A stretch of DNA of 64,000 nt from Pelagomonas calceolata (lineage: Eukaryota), in the NCBI GenBank assembly GCA_918797485.1, contig CAKKNE010000006.1, positions 1,674,001 through 1,738,000 on the forward strand. The letters are read 5' to 3'. Each line of letters starts with the position of its first letter. Positions within the stretch are counted from its first letter, which is position 1. Position numbers and translations under genes: made by a program. Shown here piece after piece: positions 1 through 9,993 of this stretch. The notes under the pieces are model-generated. The model worked only from the letters and a program-made list of their open reading frames with translations, was not told the origin of the DNA and searched no databases.

Positions 1-537
1 TTCCTGGACGGCCTGCCGGAGGAGGTCGCGGCCGGCCCCGTCAAGATCCCGCTCCGGGCGGGCGCGGCGTCGGCGGTGCGCGGCGTCGTCGCGGCGGCGA
101 TCAACGCCAAGGTCGACTTCGACGTCGACATGCAGTGGCTCGACGACGAGGCCTCGGCGTACGGCGACGACAAGACGCTGCAGGCGCGCGCGCCGGTGCA
201 GCCGCCCGTCGTGCTCCACCCGGCGACGGGCGAGCCGACCTGGTTCTGCAACGTCCACTCGCACTCGTCCGTGCTGCGCAAGAAGCGCGAGTCGATCTAC
301 GGCGCCGAGAAGTTCGAGGACGGCGCGTCGCGCATCAACAAGAGCGACATGTACTACGGCGACGACGGGTCCATCGCCGAGGGCGACCTCGACCACCTCG
401 ACGAGCTGACGCGGAAGCACACGGTCTCGCTGCGCATGGCGCCGGGCGACGCGGTCCTCGTGGACAACTACCAGACGATGCACGGCCGCAACGTCTTCAA
501 GGGCACGCGCAAGCATGCCGTGTCGTGGTTCAAGTAG
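1..537 (+). CDS. TauD/TfdA-like Fe(II)/2-oxoglutarate dioxygenase, C-terminal part (5' end outside window)
   Basis: Frame is open from base 1. Motifs HPATGEPTWFCNVH and GDAVLVDNYQTMHGRNVFKGTR match the TauD-family C-terminal ...DN...HGR..F.G.R pattern. Confidence 0.8.
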   Translation, partial: FLDGLPEEVAAGPVKIPLRAGAASAVRGVVAAAINAKVDFDVDMQWLDDEASAYGDDKTLQARAPVQPPVVLHPATGEPTWFCNVHSHSSVLRKKRESIYGAEKFEDGASRINKSDMYYGDDGSIAEGDLDHLDELTRKHTVSLRMAPGDAVLVDNYQTMHGRNVFKGTRKHAVSWFK

Positions 538-922
538 GGGGCCGGTCGCCAGTGTAGAGAAGAGGCGCGTAAGAAGCTCCTGCCTCGACCCGGGAATGAC
601 CTGTCGCGGCGCGAGACGGGCGCGGGCCGCGTCTCGGACGCGGTCGTACCGCGCTAGTGTGTCGACACGGCCCCGGTGCGGCCTCCAGGGCTCCCCCGCG
701 CTTAGGGTAGAGAGAGAGAGAGCCACTTATTGAACCCACCCCCAGGTAGTGTGGGCTAGCGTCCTGTAAGACACTAGCAAGCAGAGCCCCCAGGCAACAA
801 CGCCGGCAGGCCCGACCGACGCTGCGCCCTGGGCAGGGCGCTGCCTCACCAGACGCCTCGCGGAGGCAGCCCCCGCCGCCGCGATGGAGCGCCCGCGCGC
901 GTGAGGCGCGAGCGGTCCGAGG

Positions 923-3900
923 ATGGACGGGGCCGAGCTCGGGGAGGGCATGGAGATCGACCGCGTCGTCCTGCCGCTCGCGTCGAGCGAGGCGGCGGCC
1001 GCGGCGACGGCGGCGACCGGGCGCGCGCGCTTCGCGTACCTGGCGCAGACCGGCGCGAAGGCGCCGCCGGGCGAGGCGGCGCGCCCCGACTACGGCGCGA
1101 ACCTGGGCCGGGACGCGCTGCAGATGGTCTACGCGAAGGACGTGGGCTACGCGCGCGAGGACGCGCCGGCCCCGGCGAGCGAGGCGAGCGACCTGGACAG
1201 CGACGACGACGACGCCGCCGCCGCCGCGGAGACGCCGCGCGGCGACGCGGCCCCGCCGGGCGGGGCGGCCGGCGACGACCAGCTCAAGATGGACGCCGAC
1301 TGGAACACGGACGGGTGGTCGGCGCGCGAGATCGAGAGCGCGCTGAACGCGCTGATGCGCGAGGTGCGGCTCGCGGCGCCGACGGACGAGGGCCAGAAGC
1401 GGCGCGCCAAGGCCCAGAAGATGTTCCTCCGGCTCCTCAAGCGGCACCGCGAGGCGGTGCAGTACGTGGAGCGCGTCCTCGAGGGGCTCTGCCACCGGGG
1501 CCTGCCCGCGGCGGTCGTGCACATGGACGACGCGGAGGCGCTGAACCTGGCGCCGCTGCTGGCCGCGCTCGCGCCGGCGAAGGACTTCGCGCGGCGGCTC
1601 CTGGACGTGCACGCCGTGCGGCGCGCGTGCCGGTGCGTCGCGCGGCGCGCGAACCTGGCCGCGGCGATCATCCAGTGCCGCGTCCAGATGAAGTACCTCT
1701 GCGACCCAGAGGCGCCGCGCTACGCGGCGAAGATTCCGGACGACGCCCGCGAGGACGAGGCCGAGCACATCCGGAAGGAGACGCGGGAGTACTGCCGGCG
1801 GAAGTGGGTCGCCAAGTGCTGGGAGCAGGACGCGCTCGTGCGGCGGTGGCGCGCGGCGGAGGCGACGCGGGGGCGGCACGACGCCCGGAGCACGCTCGTC
1901 CGGCGCGCCACGCTCGCGCACCTGGGCCTGCTCGAGGCGCTGTGCGCGTCGCCGGCGCCGGGCGTCGCCGAGACGGCGCGGCGGCGGACCTGCGGGCGGC
2001 TGGGCGAGGCGCTGCCGTCGATCTGCATGCTCGCGACGCGGCAGGCCGCCGAGGGGCCGGAGATCCAGGCGCTCGCGCTGCGGGTGCTGCTGCTCGTCGC
2101 GGCGCAGCCGGGGCTCGCGCGGCCCCTGCTGCGCGCGAACGTCGCGGACCTGTGCCGCAGCCTCCTGAACGTGCGGGAGCCCGTCGAGGTGCGGCGCGCG
2201 GCGCTGGACGTGCTCCAGGCCGGCGCGCTCAGCTGCCTCACGTGCGTCAACCTGCCCCGGCCCGCGTCGCCGGCCGGGTCGCGGGCCTCGTCGCGGCCGG
2301 GCACGCGGCCGAGCTCGCGCGCGTCGGACCGGCCGCCGTCGCGGCCGCTGGGCGGGCCGACGCCCCCCGGCACCGCGGACGCGGACCGGCCGCCGTCGCC
2401 GCAGAAGTGGGTCCCGAAGGAGAAGGAGGACGACGACTACCCGCCGCTCGACCTCGTCGAGGCCGAGGAGGTCGGCGCCCTGCTCGGGAAGAAGCGCGTC
2501 GTGGCGAGCGTGATGGAGCTGCTCGGCGAGCGCGACGAGGCGCTCTTCCTCGGCTCGATCCGCTTCGCGCAGCGCGTCGCGAACGGCGGCTTCCAGGCGT
2601 ACCGGGGGGCGCTCGACGAGGTCCTGGCCTACGGCGGGCGGCCGCTCGAGCGGCTCGTGCTGGGCGGCCTCGCGGCGACGACCGCGCGCGGCGGCCGCGG
2701 CGCGCCCGCGGGGCCCGCCGCCCTGGAGCTGCTCGCCGCGCTGTGCGCGCGGCCCGCCGGGCGGCAGGGCCTGCGGGCCGCCCGCGTCGAGCTCATGGTG
2801 GCGCCGCTGCTCAGCTCGGGCGACCCGACGTCGCCGCCGTACCTGCGGTCGCTCTACGTGCTGCTGGCGGCGGCGCGGAGCGGCCCGGCGACGGAGGTGG
2901 TGCTGCCCGGCGCGCTCGGCGACGACGTGGACCCGCAGGCCGACTCGCGCTTCGTGCCCGACGCGCCGGACCCGAGCCTCGCGATGACGCGCCACGTCCG
3001 CGCCGCGTTCGTCGCGCTGTCCCTGAGGAGCGACGACGAGGTGGCGGCGACGTGCCTGGAGCTGGCGCGGCTGGGCGCGGCGCGCGGCTGCCGCGAGTTC
3101 CTGTGCCGGCCGCGCGAGAAGGGCTTCCCGTACGCGCTGGCGCGGAAGGCGCGCGCGGCGCACCTCGTCGTGCTCCACCGCCTGCTGAACTCGGCGGAGC
3201 CGCTGCCCGAGGAGCTGCTGAAGCGGGACGCGACGGCGGTCGTCCGGTTCCTGGCGCTGGGCGTCCAGGCCGGCTTCCACGACGTCGAGGACGGCCAGGT
3301 GTTGACGCTGCCGCCGAAGGACCAGGCGCTGCACCACCTGGCGCTGGAGAGCGCGCTGCGCGCGCTGGCGTGCGCCGCCGCCGCCGGGAGCGCGAGCGAG
3401 GGCGACACCGTCGCGGCCGCGATCGGCGCCGTGCAGCGGCGCGACGCCGCCGCCGCCGACGACGACGGCGGCGGCGGGGCCGACGACGACGACGACATGC
3501 TCGCCGAGGAGGACCCGCGGATCAGCGACGCGCTGCTCGAGCCGCACCGGGGCGCCCGGGCCCTCGTCGCGCGGTTCCTGCTGGGCACGTCGCTGCTGGG
3601 CGACGTGCTCGGCCTCGTGCGGCGCGCGCCGTCGGCGGACGTCGCCGCGCTGGACGCGCTCGCCGGGGCCGAGGCGCGCGTGGCCGGCGCGGCCTGCGCG
3701 CTGGTCGCGGCCGCGGCGCCCGTCGCCGTCGTCGACCTCGCGGCGTCCCTGCGGGAGGAGCCCCCGGTCGCGGAGGAGGAGTCGTACGTCGCCGCCGAGA
3801 CCACGCTGCGGCCGCTCCGCGAGGCGGCGTTGCCGGGCCTCCAGGTCTGCCTGGCCCACGAGGCGCCCTACGAGTGCCGCGCGGCGGCCTGCGCCGCGCT

Positions 3901-6184
3901 CGCGCGCCTCGCCGCGACGCCGGCCGGCGCGCGGTGGAGCCGGGACGTGGCGCGCGCGCTCGGCCGCCTCGCGCCGCCGGGCCCCGTCTCGCAGAAGCAC
4001 TGCGACGAGGTCCTGTACAAGCGGCCCTGGGCGGCGATGGCCACCGCCGACGCGTCCGCCACGCAGGGCCGCGACGTCGACGCCTGCCGCTTCCTGCGGC
4101 TGCCCGTGAGCTGGTTCGCCGGCGCGGCGGCGCTCGCGCTGCACGAGCGCGGCGCGAAGGCGCTCCTGGAGCACCACGTCGTCCAGCGGTGCGCGGAGCG
4201 CTTCGGGGTCACGACCGACCGGCCGGGCGTCGACCGGGCGATCCGGGCGCACGTCGCGCTCGTCGTCGCGCGCGTCGCGGTCTGCGGGGAGCAGCCGAAC
4301 GCGCTGGGGCCCTTCGCCCACGTGTGCATCGGGCTGCTCCAGCACGAGCGCCACGGCCTCGCGCCCGGCCTGGCGAAGATGGTCGCCGGGGCGCCGAAGC
4401 CGCCGCCGCGGGCCATGGTCGTGCGGCCCGCGCCGCCGGGCGACGCCGGCTGCTACAACGCGACGCTCTGCGTGGCCGCGCTCTGCTCGGCGAACGTCGC
4501 CGCCGCGGGGCCGCTGCTGCGGAAGGAGGGCATCCTCCGGCACCTGCGGGCGCTGATTCTCGAGCCGCGCACGGGCCAGCCGCTGCTCCGGCAGGCCCTC
4601 GTCGCGCTGCGGGCGGTGCTGCGCGTGCCCGGGTCCGACGCGGCGCGCATGCTCACGGCGTCCAAGAAGCGCGGCCGCTCGGGCAAGACCCTCCCGGAAC
4701 GCCTGGAGCAGCTGACCATGGACGCGCGGCTCCTCGACGCCCAGCGGGCCGTCGCGCGGCGCGTGCCCATCCCGCACCTGGCGCGCGACGTGCTGATGGC
4801 GCTCGGGCCGTCGGAGAAGGAGGGCCGCGGCCGGCCGCCGACGGCGCCGGCGCCGCGCGCGCCCGCCCCGGACGTCGACTACGCCGCCGAGGCCGCCCGC
4901 GCGCGCGCGGCGCTCGAGCCCGCGCCGGTCGCCGCGCCCGCGCCCGCGCCCGACGCCGCGCCCGCGCCTGCGCCCGCGCCCGCACCGGCGCCCACCGAGG
5001 CGCCCGCGGCCGCCGAGGCGCCCGCGCCCGCGCCCGCGCCCGCGGACGTGGACATGGCCGCCTACCACCGCGCCGAGCTCGAGGCCGCGCTCGAGCGCGA
5101 GGCGCTGCGCCGCGCGAACCGGCCGTTCTGGGAGCGGACGCCCGAGGCCAGCGAGGACGAGGACGAGGACGGCGACGACGACCGCTCCTCCGCGTCCTCC
5201 GAGGACGACCGCCGGGCCCAGATCGACGCGCACGAGAAGGCGCTCGCGGACGCCGAGGCCGCGCGGCGGGCCCAGGCGGACGCGAAGCGGCGGGCGGATT
5301 CGGACGTCGGCGGATCCATGGGACTGTTTTTGGACGCGTCGGGGCTGGTCGCGGAGGAGGCGACCGCGGAAAAGCGCGCCCAGGAGGAGGCGGCGCTCCT
5401 GGCGCTGCACGGCGGCGCCGCGCCGCGCGAGCCCGCGCCCGCGCCCGAGCCCGAGCCCGAGCCCGCGCCGGCGGCCGTGGTCCCGGCGCCGGCGCCCGCG
5501 CCGCGCTCGAAGACGCCGCCGCCGGTCTTCGTGCCGACGATGACGGCCGCGGAGTGCGCCGCAGCCGCGACGCTCGCCGACGCGGCGGCGGACGTGAACG
5601 CGCTCGCGGACGCGTGGGACGCGAGCGACGACGAGCGCGACGCGCGCCTGGCCGAGGTCCGCGCGACGCGCCGGCGGCGGGCGGGCCGCGGGCGGCGCCT
5701 CGGCGCGCCCGTCGGGCCGCCGCCGCCGCGCCGGCCGCTCGTCACCGCCGTCGCGCTCGACGCGCACCCCGGCCTCGCCGCGACGCGGCCGCCGCCGCGC
5801 CCCCGCCCGCCGCCGCGGGCGCGCACGCCGCCGCCGCCGTCCCCCCGGTCGCCGGGGCCCTACGCGCGGCGCGCGGCGCGGACCATGGCCGACCCCGCCT
5901 TCGTCGAGCCCGTGCGCCTCGTCGACGGCCCGCTCAAGCAGCTCCCGGACCCGATGGCCGGCTTCACGGGCTGCGCCGCGTCCTTCGAGAACGTCCACGA
6001 GATCACGGTCCGGTCCAAGGTCGCCGCGGCGCGCGCGGCGCGCGCGACGCGCGACGTCCTGCGCCGCGACACAGCGTCCGCGTTCCTGGCCGCGCCAAAG
6101 CGGGGCACGTCCCTCCTCGCGCGGCGGCTGCAGGCGGCGACGCAGCGGGCGCGCGACGCCGGCGACGCCGGGCCGCCGACGTAG
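923..6184 (+). CDS. Large hypothetical alpha-helical (ARM/HEAT-like) protein, 1753 aa, with possible IQ motif and Pro/Ala-rich C-terminus
   Basis: Intronless frame with strong GC3 codon bias. Leu/Ala-rich helical segments, IQ-like AAAIIQCR, acidic and PA-repeat linkers. Confidence 0.7.
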   Translation: MDGAELGEGMEIDRVVLPLASSEAAAAATAATGRARFAYLAQTGAKAPPGEAARPDYGANLGRDALQMVYAKDVGYAREDAPAPASEASDLDSDDDDAAAAAETPRGDAAPPGGAAGDDQLKMDADWNTDGWSAREIESALNALMREVRLAAPTDEGQKRRAKAQKMFLRLLKRHREAVQYVERVLEGLCHRGLPAAVVHMDDAEALNLAPLLAALAPAKDFARRLLDVHAVRRACRCVARRANLAAAIIQCRVQMKYLCDPEAPRYAAKIPDDAREDEAEHIRKETREYCRRKWVAKCWEQDALVRRWRAAEATRGRHDARSTLVRRATLAHLGLLEALCASPAPGVAETARRRTCGRLGEALPSICMLATRQAAEGPEIQALALRVLLLVAAQPGLARPLLRANVADLCRSLLNVREPVEVRRAALDVLQAGALSCLTCVNLPRPASPAGSRASSRPGTRPSSRASDRPPSRPLGGPTPPGTADADRPPSPQKWVPKEKEDDDYPPLDLVEAEEVGALLGKKRVVASVMELLGERDEALFLGSIRFAQRVANGGFQAYRGALDEVLAYGGRPLERLVLGGLAATTARGGRGAPAGPAALELLAALCARPAGRQGLRAARVELMVAPLLSSGDPTSPPYLRSLYVLLAAARSGPATEVVLPGALGDDVDPQADSRFVPDAPDPSLAMTRHVRAAFVALSLRSDDEVAATCLELARLGAARGCREFLCRPREKGFPYALARKARAAHLVVLHRLLNSAEPLPEELLKRDATAVVRFLALGVQAGFHDVEDGQVLTLPPKDQALHHLALESALRALACAAAAGSASEGDTVAAAIGAVQRRDAAAADDDGGGGADDDDDMLAEEDPRISDALLEPHRGARALVARFLLGTSLLGDVLGLVRRAPSADVAALDALAGAEARVAGAACALVAAAAPVAVVDLAASLREEPPVAEEESYVAAETTLRPLREAALPGLQVCLAHEAPYECRAAACAALARLAATPAGARWSRDVARALGRLAPPGPVSQKHCDEVLYKRPWAAMATADASATQGRDVDACRFLRLPVSWFAGAAALALHERGAKALLEHHVVQRCAERFGVTTDRPGVDRAIRAHVALVVARVAVCGEQPNALGPFAHVCIGLLQHERHGLAPGLAKMVAGAPKPPPRAMVVRPAPPGDAGCYNATLCVAALCSANVAAAGPLLRKEGILRHLRALILEPRTGQPLLRQALVALRAVLRVPGSDAARMLTASKKRGRSGKTLPERLEQLTMDARLLDAQRAVARRVPIPHLARDVLMALGPSEKEGRGRPPTAPAPRAPAPDVDYAAEAARARAALEPAPVAAPAPAPDAAPAPAPAPAPAPTEAPAAAEAPAPAPAPADVDMAAYHRAELEAALEREALRRANRPFWERTPEASEDEDEDGDDDRSSASSEDDRRAQIDAHEKALADAEAARRAQADAKRRADSDVGGSMGLFLDASGLVAEEATAEKRAQEEAALLALHGGAAPREPAPAPEPEPEPAPAAVVPAPAPAPRSKTPPPVFVPTMTAAECAAAATLADAAADVNALADAWDASDDERDARLAEVRATRRRRAGRGRRLGAPVGPPPPRRPLVTAVALDAHPGLAATRPPPRPRPPPRARTPPPPSPRSPGPYARRAARTMADPAFVEPVRLVDGPLKQLPDPMAGFTGCAASFENVHEITVRSKVAAARAARATRDVLRRDTASAFLAAPKRGTSLLARRLQAATQRARDAGDAGPPT

Positions 6185-6544
6185 AATGGAATAGAATAAG
6201 GATGAGAAAAATAGCGGAGAGAGTCGCTTATTGAGCTAGCCCCTCTAGCACGAGGCCTAGCACGGCATAGATCCGGGAAAACCCCCGCTTCCAATCGGGG
6301 CTCTGGCAGAACCCCCTCTCCCCTCGCCCGCGTTGCGGAACGCCCCAATCCGTTGAGCTATCTACGCCGTCTGTGTTTGCGTGTCGCGAGTGCGGCCGTG
6401 TAGAGCGGGCTTTATATGAGTTCCGGTGCGCTGCCGGGCCCAGACCTCCTGCGCGCGATTCCTGGCGTGCCTTGAAGGGGGGCTAGAGGGGCTAGGGTAA
6501 GAGCTTGGAGGGGGAAAACCCGTGCCAAGGTGGTTTTGCTCTAG

Positions 6545-6810
6545 CTCTACGCCGCGGACGCGACCGCCGCTCGGACCTGGGTCGAGGACGGCGCGACTTC
6601 GCAGGAGCACGCGGCCGCCCTGCTCAAGAACCGCCTTTACCGTCGCTGGGGCATCAAGACGGCGCGCGAGTACGCCCGGATCAAGATCGACGGCCTCCGG
6701 CTCGTCGGCGGCAACCGGGACTCCACCAACGCGCCCGGGCACGGCGACGACGACGCACGCTTCTACGACCGGCAGCAAGCTTACGTACACGCTCGCGGGG
6801 GATAGCTCCC
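6545..6810 (+). mobile_element. 5'-truncated 3' end of a putative non-LTR retrotransposon (restriction-like-endonuclease/CRE-R2-like C-terminus)
   Basis: Start-less frame LYAADATAARTWVEDGATSQEHAAALLKNRLYRRWGIKTAREYARIKIDGLRLVGG...YVHARGG* (stop 6803-6805). Pieces of the same DNA recur at 28711-28777 and 28961-29042. Confidence 0.55.
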
Positions 6811-6937
6811 CCGTCAGCCCTCTGGGCGCGCGCCCCCGCAACCCGAATTGACTATCTAGGTATGGATAGGGACTAGCCCCTCCCGTGCCCAGAGCCAACC
6901 GAGGGGCAGCCAAGACTCGGCCTAAGATGCCCGGCCG

Positions 6938-8005
6938 ATGACCGCTCGTCCACCGCCGCCGCGGCTGCCGATGCCGCCCAGACCAAGGGTCGTCCCGCCG
7001 CCTCCGCCGCGGCCTGCGGCAGGTCTCCCACCGCCGCCGCCGCGACCGATACCGCGACCGCCGCCGGGCCGGCCGGTGGCCGTCGCGCCCCCGCCGCCGC
7101 CGCGCGGTCCGCCGCCGCCGCCGCCGCCGCCGCCGCGCGCGCCTCCGCCACCCGCCGGCCCGCCGCCGCCCCCGCGGCGGCGGCGCTCGTCGCTCGACAA
7201 GGCTCGGCAACGAGCCGCCCCCGAGGACATCGCGGCGCTCATCCGCGCGCGCCGGCGGCGGCTCTCGTCGACCGTCCCGGTGCCGGTGCCGGTGCCGGCG
7301 CGCGGGACGCGCGCCGACGACGCGCCCGCGCGCCCGCCGGCGGCGTTCGACGCACTCCGCGAGCGGCTCGGCCGCGCCCTCGCCGGCCGCTCGGCGCCGC
7401 CGCCCGCGCCCGCGCCGCCGCCGGAGGCTCCCCGTCGCCGCGCGGGACCGCCGCCCCCGCCGCCGCCGAGGCGGGCGCCGCCGCCGGACGAGCCCCGGAG
7501 GGGCAGTCCGCCGCCGCCGCTGACCGGCGACGACGCGTCCGCCGCCGCGTCGCTGCAGTCCGCCATCCAAGCCAACCGGCGCCTGGACCGGCGCGACCGG
7601 GACTTGGTCGCGGAGCAGCGCGACGCGCTGCGACGGGCGTCGTCGCCGCCGTCGTCGCCGGCGACCGCCGCGCGCGACCTGCCCGGAGACGCGCCGCCCG
7701 CGCGCGACGCCGCCCGCCGCCCGCCGCCCGCGCGCACCGAGGCCGACCGGCGAGCGCAGCTCCACGCGGACATCGCGAAGGCGCGGCGCGACCTGCGCGT
7801 GGCGCGCGAGCGCGAGGCGCTCCTCGGCCGCGAGCCGGACGGGGCCGACGAGGCGCTAGAACGCGCCGTCGCGCGCGCAAGGGCGGAGGCGCGCAAGGCC
7901 GCGGCCCTCCTCGCGCGCGCCGCCGGCGAGCACCGCGGCGACGCGGCCGGCTCGGACGACGCGGCGTGGCTGCGGGGAGTCGTCGCGGGCGCCCGGCACC
8001 GGTAG
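6938..8005 (+). CDS. Proline-rich hypothetical protein with C-terminal coiled coil
   Basis: 355-aa ORF with poly-Pro tracts and a helical C-terminus (QLHADIAKARRDLRVARERE); GC3-biased. Confidence 0.55.
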   Translation: MTARPPPPRLPMPPRPRVVPPPPPRPAAGLPPPPPRPIPRPPPGRPVAVAPPPPPRGPPPPPPPPPRAPPPPAGPPPPPRRRRSSLDKARQRAAPEDIAALIRARRRRLSSTVPVPVPVPARGTRADDAPARPPAAFDALRERLGRALAGRSAPPPAPAPPPEAPRRRAGPPPPPPPRRAPPPDEPRRGSPPPPLTGDDASAAASLQSAIQANRRLDRRDRDLVAEQRDALRRASSPPSSPATAARDLPGDAPPARDAARRPPPARTEADRRAQLHADIAKARRDLRVAREREALLGREPDGADEALERAVARARAEARKAAALLARAAGEHRGDAAGSDDAAWLRGVVAGARHR

Positions 8006-8053
8006 TTTTCTAGGGAAAAATGGTAACACCGGGGCGGGGCGGGGGGGCGGGGC

Positions 8054-8845
8054 CTAGGGCGACGCGTCGGCGTCCGCGCCCCGGCGGAGGAAGTGGTAGA
8101 GCTGCGCCTCGAACGCGTCGCGCGGCGCGCGCGTGCCGTCGCGGAGCTTGAGGTACTTGCGCTTGCGCATGTTCGAGAACCAGTGGTTGACGCGGCCCGG
8201 CGGCCAGCCGGCCTTGCGCGCGAGCGCGGCCTTCTCCTCGGCGCTCGGGTACGGCGCCGCCGCGTGCGCGAAGGTCCACTTCTGGCAGGCGTCCCAGCGG
8301 TCGTCGGCGAGGGCCCCGGCCAGCGACGTGCTGATCGGCGCGGGCGGCGCCTTTCTCGAGGAGGAGCCCCCGGGCGGCTTCGGCCGCGGGGGCCGCTTGC
8401 GCGCCAACGCGTGCGCGGCCGTCGCCGCCGCGGGGTCGTACGGCACGCGCGCGGCGCCCTGGTGGTGCAGGGCGGCCACGAGGCCCTTGAGCTCCGCGCC
8501 GCCCCGGGGCTGCGCCGCCGCCTCCGCGCCGAGGCAGGCGGCCTTGTACGCGCAGACCGCGCGCGCGAGCGCGGGGCAGGCCACGTCGGCCGCGGCGGCC
8601 GTCGTCTCGACTAGCGGCGGGGGCGGCGCGGGCGGGGCGGGCGGCGGCGGCGGCGGCGGCGGCGGGACCGCCCCGTCGTCCTCGTCGTCGTCGGTGTCGT
8701 CGAAGCGCGCGAGCGTCGCGGCGTGCGCGCGCTCCTCCTCCGCCGTGAGCGCCTTCAGCCGGTCCGCGAGCGCGGTGACCTCCTTGCGCAGCGCCCGCTC
8801 GGGGCCTGCGGCCGCGGGGTTCGAGCGCAGGCGCGGGGCGTCCAT
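8054..8845 (-). CDS. TALE-class (KN/TGIF-like) homeodomain protein
   Basis: C-terminal ...WTFAHAAAPYPSAEEKAALARKAGWPPGRVNHWFSNMRKRKY with the TALE PYP loop and WFxNxRxR helix 3. Start taken at ATG 8845 (MDAPRLR). Confidence 0.85.
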   Translation of the reverse strand: MDAPRLRSNPAAAGPERALRKEVTALADRLKALTAEEERAHAATLARFDDTDDDEDDGAVPPPPPPPPPAPPAPPPPLVETTAAAADVACPALARAVCAYKAACLGAEAAAQPRGGAELKGLVAALHHQGAARVPYDPAAATAAHALARKRPPRPKPPGGSSSRKAPPAPISTSLAGALADDRWDACQKWTFAHAAAPYPSAEEKAALARKAGWPPGRVNHWFSNMRKRKYLKLRDGTRAPRDAFEAQLYHFLRRGADADASP

Positions 8846-9408
8846 GGCTCTCGAAGGGGCAGCAGGACCCTTTAGCGCGCGCGGGGCAGCCTCGCGAAGG
8901 GACGCTGCCGCCGCCGGATGACGGTGACGACGGTCCCGGGCGCGACTACGTGCGCGCTTCTGTCGCCGCCCGGCGGCGAGAAACGCTGCCCACAAGGCAC
9001 AGCACAAATGTCATTCCCCCACTCGGGGGCCATCTTCACGGGCGCGTTTGGTATCCGTTCATTTTGCGAGGAGGGTTTCCGAAGAGTCCTCGAGCATTCG
9101 TGGAAGTCTGGCATTGTGCGCGGGTTTCAGGGGCTAGGGTAAGAGGGGGTTACTGAGCGCACACTATACTTACTCTAGAGTGCGCGATGCTTTGACTACC
9201 GCAGTAGTCGCAAAACTCTACGGGACGCGCGCGTTGACCGCAATACACGCGTGCGTGTCCGTGCGGAAGTGTGTTCACGCACGCGCTGTACGGCTGCACG
9301 AGGTGACAGCGAGTAGTAGCACCTACAGAGTGGCATATTAATAGGGCACCGAGTAGGAAGCTCGTCTCGAGCTCCTGCATTCGTAATAGAGCCGCTCACC
9401 GAGGCTCG

Positions 9409-9966
9409 ATGCGCCGCTGGCTGCTCGTCGCGACCCTCGTCGCCGGCGCCCGGCCGCTGGCGCCGCCCCGGATCGCGCCGCCGACGCTGGGCGTGGACTA
9501 CGGGCTGCGGCGCGTCGGCGTGTGCGTGGGCGTCGGCTTCGCGAGCCGGCCGCTCGAGGTCATCGAGCACGACGAGGACATCGACGCGGTCGTGGCCCGG
9601 TTGCTGCAGATCGCGCGGCGCGAGCGCATCGCGTCGATCGTCGTCGGCCTGCCGCTCGAGAAGGACGGCGCCGAGGGCCTCCAGTGCGCGGCGACGCGGC
9701 GCTTCGCGGACGCGCTCGCCGCCGCGGCCCCGGCGACGCCCCTGGTGCTCTGGGACGAGCGCTTCTCGTCGCGCGAGGCGGAGGCGCTGCTGGCGCACCG
9801 GCCCGGCGCCGCGCTCGACGCGGTCGCCGCCTGCGTCATCCTCGATGATTTTTTCGCCTCGGCGGACGACGGCGCCGCGGCGCCGCCCGCGCCGCCCGCG
9901 CCCGCGCCGGCGGCGCCGCCGAAGCGGCGCCCGCGGCCGAAGCCGCGGCTGCGGTACCTCGAGTAA
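9409..9966 (+). CDS. yqgF: YqgF/RuvX-family RNase H-fold nuclease (pre-16S rRNA processing), probably plastid-targeted
   Basis: LGVDYGLRRVGV, IVVGLP, WDERFSSREA and LDAVAACVIL motifs; N-terminal hydrophobic signal peptide. Confidence 0.88.
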   Translation: MRRWLLVATLVAGARPLAPPRIAPPTLGVDYGLRRVGVCVGVGFASRPLEVIEHDEDIDAVVARLLQIARRERIASIVVGLPLEKDGAEGLQCAATRRFADALAAAAPATPLVLWDERFSSREAEALLAHRPGAALDAVAACVILDDFFASADDGAAAPPAPPAPAPAAPPKRRPRPKPRLRYLE

Positions 9967-9993
9967 CGAAATTAATTAGACACGGCGACATCA

